A stretch of DNA of 64,000 nt, taken from the NCBI GenBank assembly GCA_944389265.1, contig CALXLS010000003.1:57657-121656 (forward strand). Reading direction: 5' to 3'. A program made the translations under genes and the position numbers. The notes under the pieces are model-generated. The model made no database searches. It worked only from the letters and a program-made list of their open reading frames with translations, and was not told where the DNA came from. Source of the stretch: an uncultured Alphaproteobacteria bacterium. Its GTDB lineage: Bacteria > Pseudomonadota > Alphaproteobacteria > Rs-D84. Of this stretch, positions 1 to 9,386 are shown piece by piece. Numbering within the stretch: the stretch's first letter is position 1; each line of letters starts with the position of its first letter.

Positions 1-748
1 TTACCGCCAAATCATTTACAGGAACAGAATATTTACGAGATATAGAATATAAAGTATCCCCTGCTCCTACAGTAATCTCATCTAATTCCACACGCGTAGT
101 TGTCTGCTTTACTGGTACTTCTGCAGCAGGCAAAGAAACAGTTTGTACTGTATTTGTTTCAACTTTTGTTGGTACTTTTAACTTTTGTCCCACAGAAAGA
201 GCATAAGGTTCTGAAAGATTATTCAACTTTGCAATTTCATCTGTTGTTGCATTATATTTTTTAGCCAAAGAATACAAAGTGTCACCAGCTGCGACAATAA
301 TTTCTTTATCTGTTTGAACAGTCGTCATACCACCATACATAGGCACAGTTAAATACTCTTCCTGTGTTGACGCGACTACAACAGTATCATCAGATATAGG
401 CGCACCATAATCAACACTTACAGAAGATTCTGACACCGTACCATACATTGAAGCCGCCATAGAATCTTCATATTGTGGTGGTACAATATAATCATTTACA
501 CTTGCATATTCTACATAATCAGAACTTTCAACGGAACCGTACAGATTAGGAGAAGCATAAACACCATAATCAATTGCTGCAGAATTATAAATCTCCGGTT
601 GAGTATTCGGATCCGCCAACAAAGCAGGATAACGCGCAGAAATAAATTCACCGACAGTATCCGGCAAAGCAACAATTTTTGGCTGTAAATCGCACGCAGA
701 AACAGCCAACGAACAAAGTCCGATAAAAAATAAATTGATTTTTTTCAC
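1..748 (-). CDS. LysM-domain lipoprotein, N-terminal part (NlpD/M23-like neighbour of tatC); 3' end lies outside the window
   Basis: Open minus-strand frame running off the window start, absent from the ORF track. GTG at 748 gives VKKINLFFIGLCSLAVSAC (signal peptide plus lipobox). Two LysM-like repeats: AGDTLYSLAKKYNATTDEIAKLNNL and AGDTLYSISRKYSVPVNDLAV. Confidence 0.7.
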   Translation of the reverse strand, partial: MKKINLFFIGLCSLAVSACDLQPKIVALPDTVGEFISARYPALLADPNTQPEIYNSAAIDYGVYASPNLYGSVESSDYVEYASVNDYIVPPQYEDSMAASMYGTVSESSVSVDYGAPISDDTVVVASTQEEYLTVPMYGGMTTVQTDKEIIVAAGDTLYSLAKKYNATTDEIAKLNNLSEPYALSVGQKLKVPTKVETNTVQTVSLPAAEVPVKQTTTRVELDEITVGAGDTLYSISRKYSVPVNDLAV

Positions 749-787
749 ACGCTAATTATATCACAAAAAATCAATTAAATAAACAAT

Positions 788-1513
788 CTAAGCATTCTGT
801 TTGTCATTGTCAGACTTCATAAAAAGAATACTTAATTCGAACAAAGCCCACATTGGCAAAGCCAATAACACCTGTGAAACAACATCTGGTGGCGTTAAAA
901 CTGCTGCAATAATCACGATAAAGACGATTGCATATCTACGCATTTTAATTGCGCGCGTTTTTGATAACACCCCTATTCTATTTAACAGGACCAAAATCAA
1001 AGGTAATTGAAAAGCCAGTCCAAAAACTTTAAGCAACCCGATTGCGAAAGACAAATAGTCTTTTGCGACAGGCAAGACAACCGACGGCACAGGTGCGGAT
1101 TGATTTAATTCTATAAAGAACCCGAATACGAAAGGGAATAAAATATAGAAAGCGAATGCTACACCCAGCAAAAAAAGAACTGGTGAAAAAATTAAAATCG
1201 GCCAGATCACATTTTTTTCACTCTTATGAAGTCCAGGTGCAACGAACGCCCATATCTGCCACAAAGCAAAGGGCGTAGATATGAATAAAGCGAACAAAAC
1301 AGACAAAGAAAAACGAATCATTAATCCATCTGCAACACCGGTATATAAAAGCGCACCATCTGGCCAAACTTTTAACAAAGGAAGCGTTAAAAACTCCTGC
1401 AACCAAGGAGACAAATACCATCCCACACACAATGCAATTGCGAACACACAAAATGTCCACAAGATACGACTACGTAGTTCAGAAAAATGTTGACCCAAAG
1501 TCATTTTTTTCAT
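788..1513 (-). CDS. tatC: Twin-arginine translocase subunit TatC
   Basis: 241 aa polytopic membrane protein. N-terminus HFSELRSRILW and overall TatC pattern. ATGA start/stop overlap with the upstream tatB. Confidence 0.93.
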   Translation of the reverse strand: MKKMTLGQHFSELRSRILWTFCVFAIALCVGWYLSPWLQEFLTLPLLKVWPDGALLYTGVADGLMIRFSLSVLFALFISTPFALWQIWAFVAPGLHKSEKNVIWPILIFSPVLFLLGVAFAFYILFPFVFGFFIELNQSAPVPSVVLPVAKDYLSFAIGLLKVFGLAFQLPLILVLLNRIGVLSKTRAIKMRRYAIVFIVIIAAVLTPPDVVSQVLLALPMWALFELSILFMKSDNDKQNA

Positions 1514-1833
1514 TTTTCTTTTTTACCTTTTTGCTTTTTTAGAATTTTTGTTTTAATTGTCTTCTTAGGAGTTTTTTTCAAATTTTTTATTGGCGTAGAA
1601 AAATCTGCCAAAACATCATCTGTTGTAGTTCTTAAAATTTCATCTATCGGTTTTTCTAAATCAATTTGTTGTTTAAGTCTTTCAGAAGCATCTGAAATTT
1701 TCCAAATCATATTACGAATAAAACTAACTATTCTCGCTAAAAACTTTGCGACATCGGGCCACATACGCGCAGGGATTACCAGAACCCCAACTAATACAAT
1801 AACTAAAAATTCTGCCCAACTTATCCCAAACAT
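1510..1833 (-). CDS. tatB: Twin-arginine translocase subunit TatB (TatA/B/E family)
   Basis: 107 aa. MFGISWAEFLVIVLVGVLVI TM helix, then an amphipathic helix and a charged tail. Lies directly upstream of tatC. Confidence 0.85.
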   Translation of the reverse strand: MFGISWAEFLVIVLVGVLVIPARMWPDVAKFLARIVSFIRNMIWKISDASERLKQQIDLEKPIDEILRTTTDDVLADFSTPIKNLKKTPKKTIKTKILKKQKGKKEK

Positions 1834-1835
1834 TT

Positions 1836-2450
1836 TTAATCGTAGAACGAATCGCCACCACTTGTGCTGACGGTTTTATGTCTTTGAATTTGAAAATAAT
1901 CTTTACCGAAATCGGTTTTTGTTTTCAACCCAGAAAAAGCGACATCAGTTTTTGCACCAGTTGCATCGACCACAGTCCAAGAATTTAATTTTACCGGGCT
2001 TTTATCAAAAACGACTGTCATATTTCCCAATCCTTCTTGCCCTTTTAAATTCATTTTTAAAGAGAAAGTATTTTTACCAGAATTTGTTTCATAAACATTT
2101 ATATCAGCATTTTTTAAATCTATATTGCTTCTAATCAGGATTCCTGCGGGCGTACTTGTCAATGGCACCGTTGTAATCTGGTCCAAGGACTTATCAAAGA
2201 AATATAAATCTTTTCCATCTGCTATTAATTGTACAGGCATATTATTATAATCTAAACGCACTCTACCTGGGCGCAGCATAGAAAAAGTACCATTTTCCTG
2301 TTTTCCATTTGCCGTTTGAGTAAAATTACCAGAAAGTCCTGTTATAGAATTTAGATATTTTTCAGCAGAACTTACCAGCGCATTATCTACTGCCGCATAA
2401 GCATCAAAAAAGCAAAAAGCACAGAATAAAAAAGATAAAAGTTTTCTCAT
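1836..2450 (-). CDS. lolA: LolA-like outer-membrane lipoprotein carrier protein
   Basis: 204 aa with signal peptide MRKLLSFLFCAFCFFDAYA. FTQ..G.F.MLRPGRVRLDY...QLIADGKDLYFFDKSLDQIT matches the LolA core pattern. Confidence 0.78.
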   Translation of the reverse strand: MRKLLSFLFCAFCFFDAYAAVDNALVSSAEKYLNSITGLSGNFTQTANGKQENGTFSMLRPGRVRLDYNNMPVQLIADGKDLYFFDKSLDQITTVPLTSTPAGILIRSNIDLKNADINVYETNSGKNTFSLKMNLKGQEGLGNMTVVFDKSPVKLNSWTVVDATGAKTDVAFSGLKTKTDFGKDYFQIQRHKTVSTSGGDSFYD

Positions 2451-3400
2451 TTTACCCCCTTAAATAACTCCACTACTTTCTTATAAACATTATCAATATT
2501 ATCTTGAACTACTGCACCTGCGGCATGAGAATGTCCACCACCACCTAACGCAACTGCGATATGTTCTATAGGTTTAGTCTTACTTCTTATCGAAACACCT
2601 GTTTGATTTTCTTTCTGACGTTTTAATAAAACGATATATTCAACGCCTTTTATCTGTCCTAAAATATTCAAAACAGTATCACCACGACCATCTAAATTTT
2701 TATAATCGTCTGCTCCTACTATTGCCACTGCTAAGCGATTGTGGTAAAAGAATTCCGCCCGCGAAGCAACACCTGCTTCTGTCACAACAGTTTTTCTAGG
2801 TTTATTACTCAATGCATTTGATATATGTTCTATATCAACGCCTGTATCGACAAGTTCTGCCATTATTTTTAAAGGTGTACCTGTACGCACATATTTAAAA
2901 TGTCCTGTATCAGTTATTATTGAAGTTGCCAGTAGTTCTAAAACAGCATCATCTGTCTTCCATTTTAAGGCATGAATAATTTTATATAGTATTTCACCAA
3001 CCGAAGAAGCATTTTCATCATCAATACAAATATCTGCAACGGGTGCATCATTTTTATGATGGTCTATTTCTATTACAGATTTTGCATTTTTTATAAAAGT
3101 ATTAAATCCACCGATATGATTTTCTGTTCCATAGTCCAATAATATAGCGACATCAAATTTCTTTGAATAATTAACATGTTCAAAATATGAAATTTTATCT
3201 CTATCTGGCACAGTGTCTAAACAATCGGGTATATTACCATCATATACACATACAGGATTTTTATCAAAATTCAAACGTATTAACCTTGCCAAAGCCAGAA
3301 CCGAGCACAGTGAATCCCCATCAGGGTTTTTATGTCCTGCAATTGCGATAGATTTCGCACTTTTTAAAATTTCTATAAAATCTTTTAAACTCTTCTTCAT
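2447..3400 (-). CDS. nrnA: DHH/DHHA1 phosphoesterase, NrnA-type oligoribonuclease/pAp phosphatase
   Basis: 317 aa. Motifs GHKNPDGDSLCS, EIDHHKN and GGGGHSHAAG. ATGA overlap with lolA. Confidence 0.85.
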   Translation of the reverse strand: MKKSLKDFIEILKSAKSIAIAGHKNPDGDSLCSVLALARLIRLNFDKNPVCVYDGNIPDCLDTVPDRDKISYFEHVNYSKKFDVAILLDYGTENHIGGFNTFIKNAKSVIEIDHHKNDAPVADICIDDENASSVGEILYKIIHALKWKTDDAVLELLATSIITDTGHFKYVRTGTPLKIMAELVDTGVDIEHISNALSNKPRKTVVTEAGVASRAEFFYHNRLAVAIVGADDYKNLDGRGDTVLNILGQIKGVEYIVLLKRQKENQTGVSIRSKTKPIEHIAVALGGGGHSHAAGAVVQDNIDNVYKKVVELFKGVK

Positions 3401-5164
3401 TTATATAGCAATATCTTCTAAAACGAACTGAGCACTAACCCGACCATTATATTCGTTTTCTTTTAATTTACCCAACATCATTATTTTAGTGTTTACGTTT
3501 GCCTCGTCCAGTAAAAAATCCCCGACCGGCGTTCCGACTAAATTAAACCCTACAAAAGATAGTTGGTTACCATTACTTGTTCCAACAGCACCACGCAAAT
3601 GAGAACCATTTCCCATGACACTAGCATATCTAATGGTAGCCCCATATAATACCAATGTCGGTTCGGGATTACCTTGTCCGAAAGGTTCCAACGCCGCCAT
3701 TTTATGAACAAGTTTTAAATTTGCGCTACCGGCATCCAACTCTGCATCAACCACAACTTCCTGATGAGGCATTTCACCATTTAATTGTTCCTTCACCGCT
3801 TTTTCTAAAAAGTCGCAGAACAAGCTCTCTTTATCTGCAGCCAGAGAAAAACCTGCTGCTGCTGCGTGTCCACCACCTTCTGTAATTATTCCTTCTGCCA
3901 GAGCATCATGAATAATTTTACCTAAATCGACCCCTGGTATAGAACGTCCGGAGCCATTTATCACACCGTCACAGCGCGTAGCAACACAAGAAGGAAGATT
4001 ATATTTATCCTTTAACCTTCCTGCTATAATTCCCATGACACCGCCGTGCCAATTATCTCCGCAAATGAACAAACTACAATGACCACTATCACAGCATTTT
4101 TTAGCCATATCAGTTGCCGATAACATAATTGCATTTTGAATATCAATTCTTTCTTGATTCATAGAATGCAATTTCTGTGCCAAATCTTGTGCGACAAGCG
4201 GATTATCTGTCAACAATAATTCCAGTGCCGGCGACGCTGAATCAAGTCTTCCCGCGGCATTCAATCGCGGTCCCAAAGCAAAGCCTGCTGCATATACAGA
4301 AGTTTTTTTAATTCCTGCAACATCCATTAACACACGCAAGCCTAAATTATTACGCAAACCCAAAACTTTTAGTCCGGTTGCAACAAAAGCCCTATTTAAT
4401 CCTATTAAAGGCATCGTGTCACAAATCGTACCCAAGGCGACCAAATCCAAATAATTCATAAGATTTGTGTTTTCTAATTTTTCGTGCAAATCCGAATCGA
4501 CTTTACGCGATTTTAATTCTCTACGTAACGCAACCAAAACCAAGAAAGCGACACCCACTCCTGCCAAATAGGACAAATCAGATGTATCATCTTCCCGTTT
4601 AGGATTGATAACAGCATCTGCACTTGGCAAAACATTATCTGGTGAATGATGATCAGTCACAACTACACGCAACCCCAATTTTCTTGCATGAGCAACTTCA
4701 TCAACCCCACTTATTCCACAATCAACAGTGATTAAAAGTTTTACCCCTTGTGCAGCGATTTCATCTATTGCAGCAAGATTTAACCCATAGCCCTCTCCTT
4801 CACGAGTTGGTAAATGCCAAACCACATCCGCCCCCAATGAGCGCAGATACTTTACAAAAATTGCAGTTGAAGTAATTCCATCGACATCATAATCACCGTA
4901 TATTGCAATTTTTTCCTTATTTAAAATGCTATCTGCTATTATCTTTGCAGCAACATCCATATCAATTAAACACGAAGGATCTGGCATATATTCTTTTATG
5001 CACGGATTTAAAAAATTCTTTACGGCGACATCCCCACAGATTCCACGATTTTCCAGCACTCTCTGTAATAAGTTATCTACTTGACATAAAGATTCTTCTT
5101 CACCTAAATACGCTGCCGTCGTCCATACTTTTCCAAGCATGGACTTATCTACTATATTTCTCAC
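3401..5164 (-). CDS. recJ: Single-stranded-DNA-specific exonuclease RecJ
   Basis: 587 aa. DHH motifs IYGDYDVDGITS, TVDCG, VTDHH and GGHAAAAG, in RecJ length and domain order. Confidence 0.95.
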   Translation of the reverse strand: MRNIVDKSMLGKVWTTAAYLGEEESLCQVDNLLQRVLENRGICGDVAVKNFLNPCIKEYMPDPSCLIDMDVAAKIIADSILNKEKIAIYGDYDVDGITSTAIFVKYLRSLGADVVWHLPTREGEGYGLNLAAIDEIAAQGVKLLITVDCGISGVDEVAHARKLGLRVVVTDHHSPDNVLPSADAVINPKREDDTSDLSYLAGVGVAFLVLVALRRELKSRKVDSDLHEKLENTNLMNYLDLVALGTICDTMPLIGLNRAFVATGLKVLGLRNNLGLRVLMDVAGIKKTSVYAAGFALGPRLNAAGRLDSASPALELLLTDNPLVAQDLAQKLHSMNQERIDIQNAIMLSATDMAKKCCDSGHCSLFICGDNWHGGVMGIIAGRLKDKYNLPSCVATRCDGVINGSGRSIPGVDLGKIIHDALAEGIITEGGGHAAAAGFSLAADKESLFCDFLEKAVKEQLNGEMPHQEVVVDAELDAGSANLKLVHKMAALEPFGQGNPEPTLVLYGATIRYASVMGNGSHLRGAVGTSNGNQLSFVGFNLVGTPVGDFLLDEANVNTKIMMLGKLKENEYNGRVSAQFVLEDIAI

Positions 5165-5207
5165 GCTATACTCTTTTTTTATTATCGTAAATAATTATAA
5201 TCAAAAA

Positions 5208-6833
5208 CTATTCAAATAGCAATGGCAGTATACTATCAAGAATTTTTCCCGCGGTTGGTACCGCATTCCATGCCGCAGTTCTTAACCCAAAAGATTCTTT
5301 TGTTCCCTTAGGTTCATCTAATATTACCAGAATAGTATACTGAGGTGCCGCAACCGGAAAGATTCCTGCAAACGCGGTTAAATTTCTTTTATGGTCAACT
5401 TTACCGTTAACATACTTTTCTGCCGTTGCCGTTTTACCACCAATTTGTATTCCTGCAATTCTTGCCTGCTTACCACTTGTTTCTTCTGCGATACGCAACA
5501 TTATTGCACGCAGACGAGCGGATATTTCATCAGATAAAACACGTTCTCCTTTGACAACCCCGACATTTCTTTTTAATAAGGTTGGATAAATATAAATTCC
5601 GCCATTTGTCATAGAATTCACAGCCAACAACAAATGCATAGGCGTCACAGAAATACCATGTCCGAAAGACAAAGTTGCCTTTTCAACAGGTCCCCACTTT
5701 GCCGGCATCAAAGGTCTTTCTGTTGTTCCAAATTCCAGTTTTAAAGGTTCGTCCAAATGTATACGATGAAAAAATTCTTTCTGCGTTCCATCTGGCAAAT
5801 CCAAAGCAATTTGTGCACTACCAGCATTACATGAATGCAACATAATTTCTTCGACTGTCAGATTAGGACGAGGTGGTTTAAAACTTCTTACATCACCTAT
5901 TTTTGCTGCGGTACGTCCGAACTTATCAGGTATTTTAAAAGGTTCCGCGATATAATATTCTTTATTTATGCCGTTTTCCATAGCCATAGCGGTATTAAAT
6001 ACTTTAAATATGGACCCCATTTCAAACACACCGCGCATTGGTTTAAACATTCTATTTGTTGCAGGATCCAAACTAATATTTTCTGGGTCAAAATCGGGCA
6101 AGGAAACCATAGCAATCATCTCGCCAGTACGAGAATTCATCAGCAATCCCATAGCAGCCTTTGCTTGATATTTCTGCATAGCAAAAGATAATTGTTCATA
6201 GAATACAGACTGGATTCGCGCGTCCAAAGATAGTTGTAAAGGGTCTTGGTTTTCACTTAAATAATCATCATAAACTCTTTCTGCACCTTCTAATCCATGT
6301 CCATCATTTCCGACGAAACCTATTACATGCGAAAACAATCTGCGTTTTGGATAACGACGTGTTTGTACAGGTTCAATTTCTAATCCCTGCAATTTTGCCT
6401 GTGCAATAATATTACGTTGTGCATCACTTGCATATTTTTTCAGATAGACGAATTTACGAGAAGAATTAACCAGTTTCAAAGCATCTGCCAAAGAATATTG
6501 ATAAGGTAAAGCTTGATGAATTGTCGCAGCAACTTTATCTCTATCTTTTACAGCCTGGGGGCGCAAAGTTATATGCCCCGACATAATATTTTTAGCAAGG
6601 ATATCACCATTTCTATCAATTATATCTGCCCGTTTTGCGGTCCATTCTGCATCTGCCCCTGCAAGTCTAGATCTGTCCGTTCCTTGTATTCCTAGCCATA
6701 AAGTACGCACAGTAAATATTAAAAAAGCAATAATAAATAAAGAATATATAAAGCGCAATCGACCACGTGCAGTAGCATCTGCAACGAATCCTTTAAATCC
6801 CCTTTTAAAAATATCCTTTCCTACTTCGAACAT
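5208..6833 (-). CDS. ftsI: Class B penicillin-binding protein / peptidoglycan D,D-transpeptidase FtsI
   Basis: 541 aa. N-terminal TM, SxxK (GSIFK), SxN (HSCN) and a KTG-position motif that reads KTA (GGKTATAEK). Lies immediately downstream of the ftsL-like gene. Confidence 0.85.
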   Translation of the reverse strand: MFEVGKDIFKRGFKGFVADATARGRLRFIYSLFIIAFLIFTVRTLWLGIQGTDRSRLAGADAEWTAKRADIIDRNGDILAKNIMSGHITLRPQAVKDRDKVAATIHQALPYQYSLADALKLVNSSRKFVYLKKYASDAQRNIIAQAKLQGLEIEPVQTRRYPKRRLFSHVIGFVGNDGHGLEGAERVYDDYLSENQDPLQLSLDARIQSVFYEQLSFAMQKYQAKAAMGLLMNSRTGEMIAMVSLPDFDPENISLDPATNRMFKPMRGVFEMGSIFKVFNTAMAMENGINKEYYIAEPFKIPDKFGRTAAKIGDVRSFKPPRPNLTVEEIMLHSCNAGSAQIALDLPDGTQKEFFHRIHLDEPLKLEFGTTERPLMPAKWGPVEKATLSFGHGISVTPMHLLLAVNSMTNGGIYIYPTLLKRNVGVVKGERVLSDEISARLRAIMLRIAEETSGKQARIAGIQIGGKTATAEKYVNGKVDHKRNLTAFAGIFPVAAPQYTILVILDEPKGTKESFGLRTAAWNAVPTAGKILDSILPLLFE

Positions 6834-7130
6834 TTATTCTTGTGCTTCTCTATTTGGTAAATCGTTAATAGAAATAGACTTATGAAAACTTATAACTTCG
6901 GACTTTGGTGCGACAGAAACCACCAAATTTCTTAAAATTTCGGGTCTGACATAAGAAGCAAAATTAGCCTGTGCCACAGCAATTTCTTGTTGAGTTTGTA
7001 CAATTTCTGCTCTAATTCTATTTCTTGCTCGATTTTGCGTTCTATAACATACCTGCAAAACCGCTGCCAGAACAGCAACTAACACGAACGCCCACAAACC
7101 AATTTGAAACATTTTCTCGTCTTCACCCAT
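6834..7130 (-). CDS. ftsL: FtsL-like cell-division protein
   Basis: 98 aa bitopic protein (TM LWAFVLVAVLAAVL followed by a coiled-coil-like segment). Abuts the ftsI start, as in dcw clusters. Confidence 0.6.
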   Translation of the reverse strand: MGEDEKMFQIGLWAFVLVAVLAAVLQVCYRTQNRARNRIRAEIVQTQQEIAVAQANFASYVRPEILRNLVVSVAPKSEVISFHKSISINDLPNREAQE

Positions 7131-7166
7131 TCCCGTCCGCCTTAAATATGATTTTATGCAATTTTA

Positions 7167-7529
7167 TCACAAATTTTTCAAAAAACGAATCATTGAATTA
7201 ACCCCACCTAATCTACCTGTACCTAAATTTATATTTAAACTAGAAAATTCGGATTCTAAATCAAGTTTTTTTATCTCATCAGGTGTTTTTCCATCAACCA
7301 TGGCGGTAATAATAGCAACTATTCCACTAACCAAAGCCGAATCGGCTCTGCCATAAAAATTATTCCCATCGATACATATTTCTGCATATGATGCACAACC
7401 TATAATTTCATGACAAATTGCACTTTCTGGAACTGGTTGCATCTGTTTTCCGAAATCCATAACCATTTCTAGTTTTTCAACAGGGTCAGATATCATAGAT
7501 AAAAGATTTTTCATTTCTGCATATTGCAT
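7167..7529 (-). CDS. sufE: SufE-like sulfur acceptor protein
   Basis: SufE/CsdE-like pattern (GCASYAEI... with the conserved Cys, C-terminal GRLGGVNSMIRFLKN). I prefer the ATG at 7529 (or 7538) over the track start at 7610, which would overlap the upstream gene by 79 nt. Confidence 0.8.
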   Translation of the reverse strand: MQYAEMKNLLSMISDPVEKLEMVMDFGKQMQPVPESAICHEIIGCASYAEICIDGNNFYGRADSALVSGIVAIITAMVDGKTPDEIKKLDLESEFSSLNINLGTGRLGGVNSMIRFLKNL

Positions 7530-7531
7530 AA

Positions 7532-7843
7532 TCACCATCCCTGCTCTGTTAAATCTAAATCCAGGCGCGCTTTTTCTGACATTCGCGATAAATCCCAAGG
7601 TGGGTCCCAAACCAATTCAACACGAACCCCAAGCCTTCCTGCAACACCAGCAACACTTTCCCTGACCTGCGCTAATAATTCTTCCATCATAGGACAAGTA
7701 GGACTTGTAAAAGTCATTGTTATAACAACTTCCTTTTCATCAATGGAGATATCATATATCAACCCCAAGTCCCAGATATTAACAGGTATTTCTGGGTCAT
7801 AAATATTTTTTAAAACGTTTATAACATCTTCTTTAGATAACAT
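7532..7843 (-). CDS. SUF-system Fe-S assembly protein, DUF59 / SufT-PaaD-like
   Basis: 103 aa. YDPEIPVNIWDLGLIY...TFTSPTCPM is the typical DUF59 signature. Lies between sufS and sufE. Confidence 0.8.
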   Translation of the reverse strand: MLSKEDVINVLKNIYDPEIPVNIWDLGLIYDISIDEKEVVITMTFTSPTCPMMEELLAQVRESVAGVAGRLGVRVELVWDPPWDLSRMSEKARLDLDLTEQGW

Positions 7844-7847
7844 AATT

Positions 7848-8990
7848 TTATTTCACTATACTATTTATTAAATCAACTACCTGACGCATTTCATCCATAG
7901 TATTCCAAGGACCAACAGAAATACGAATCGAACCAGGAATATCTAATAACTTATGAACCCATCCTGCGCACATATTTCCAACACGCAAACAAACACCAGC
8001 GGAACCAACCAAAGCTCCGAAATCCAAAACATGCATACCATCAACAACAAAAGTTAATAAAGCCGCATCTCGTTTTGTAATTATTTTTATCTTTTTATTT
8101 TTTGATAACTCATCATATAAATATTTTATCAAATCTAAATTAGGTCGATTTTTTTCAAGATAGTCAATTGCCGCTGGTAATCCGATAATTTGTGTTATAG
8201 GTAAAGTCCCTGCTTCAAACTTAGCTGGCGCAGGTTCCCATTGCAAAGAATAGTCATTATTTACTGCGATACCCTTTATTCTAGCAACCATTCCACCACC
8301 AAATTTATCAGGTAAAATCCAACGTTCAGGATTTTTAATATACATCACACCCAGACCTGTATCTGCGCCTATTTTATGCGCAGAAAAACACATAAAATCA
8401 CAGTCCCATTTTTGTACATCAATTTTTTCATGTACTATAAATTGCGCCACGTCAACAATTGTAATGACATCTGGATTTTTTTTACGTGCTGCCGCAACCA
8501 AACCAGCAACATTTTGTGGTCCCCCCAAAACATTAGACATAGCAGTAATCACAAAAACATCGGCTTTAGGTAAATCAGACTCTGTCAAATTATAGTCTGA
8601 ATCTAATGGGCACAAAATTATTTTACATGCAATAGAATCCCGCAAAACCTCGAACGGCAAGCGTGCAGAATGATGATCCAAATCCGATACCATTATAGTT
8701 TTATTTTTTAAAGAATCGCCTGAAACTGAATCATTAATTATTCTTGAGATTCGATTCATACCGTCTGTTGTACCAGAAGTAAAAACAATTTGCTCTGGCG
8801 CTTTAGCACCTATAAAATCTGCAACTTTTTTACGAGCATTAGCAATTTTATCGTCAACCGCAATCGCACGCGCGCAAATTCCCCGCCCTGCATTAGCATA
8901 TGAATCGCGCAGAAAATCCATTTCAGTTTTTATAACAGATTCCGGTTTTAAAGCACTAGCTGCTGCATCTAAGTATATGATTTTATTCAT
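7848..8990 (-). CDS. sufS: Cysteine desulfurase (class V aminotransferase, SufS-like)
   Basis: Start reset to the ATG at 8990 (MNKIIYLDAAASALKP). PLP lysine context FSAHKIGADTG and catalytic Cys context RVGNMCA. The track's 112-aa N-terminal extension is antisense to trxA. Confidence 0.85.
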   Translation of the reverse strand: MNKIIYLDAAASALKPESVIKTEMDFLRDSYANAGRGICARAIAVDDKIANARKKVADFIGAKAPEQIVFTSGTTDGMNRISRIINDSVSGDSLKNKTIMVSDLDHHSARLPFEVLRDSIACKIILCPLDSDYNLTESDLPKADVFVITAMSNVLGGPQNVAGLVAAARKKNPDVITIVDVAQFIVHEKIDVQKWDCDFMCFSAHKIGADTGLGVMYIKNPERWILPDKFGGGMVARIKGIAVNNDYSLQWEPAPAKFEAGTLPITQIIGLPAAIDYLEKNRPNLDLIKYLYDELSKNKKIKIITKRDAALLTFVVDGMHVLDFGALVGSAGVCLRVGNMCAGWVHKLLDIPGSIRISVGPWNTMDEMRQVVDLINSIVK

Positions 8991-9063
8991 TTTGTGATTT
9001 CTCTTGCATTTTGGCTTGATTATAATACACTCGTGAAAAATATCAATAAAGAAGGAGAAAAAG

Positions 9064-9384
9064 ATGTCTTTAGAACATGCAAACGACGCGAACTTTGATT
9101 CTCTTTTAGGGGATGGTATAACATTGGTTGATTTTTGGGCGTCTTGGTGTGGTCCATGCCGCATGTTTGGCCCTATATTTGAAGCAACCTCAGAAAAATT
9201 ACCTGATGTAAAATTCGTAAAATTTGAAATAGATGAATCTAACAGACGTACACCTGCAAAGTTCGGAATTCGCAGCATTCCAAGCGTTCTGGCTTTCCGC
9301 AAAGGTGAACTAGTAGAAGCACGCACAGGATTAATGGATGAAGAAACATTAATAGATTGGGTAAAGGAATTACAAGGAGCCTAA
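9064..9384 (+). CDS. trxA: Thioredoxin
   Basis: 106 aa with the WASWCGPCRM active site and GIRSIPSVLAF. Confidence 0.95.
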   Translation: MSLEHANDANFDSLLGDGITLVDFWASWCGPCRMFGPIFEATSEKLPDVKFVKFEIDESNRRTPAKFGIRSIPSVLAFRKGELVEARTGLMDEETLIDWVKELQGA

Positions 9385-9386
9385 AG

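Noticed and set aside
8991-9326. 112-codon N-terminal extension of the sufS ORF in the supplied track
   Set aside because: It is antisense to the well-supported trxA gene (9064-9384) and is low-complexity. The desulfurase homology begins at the ATG at 8990 (MNKIIYLDAAAS).
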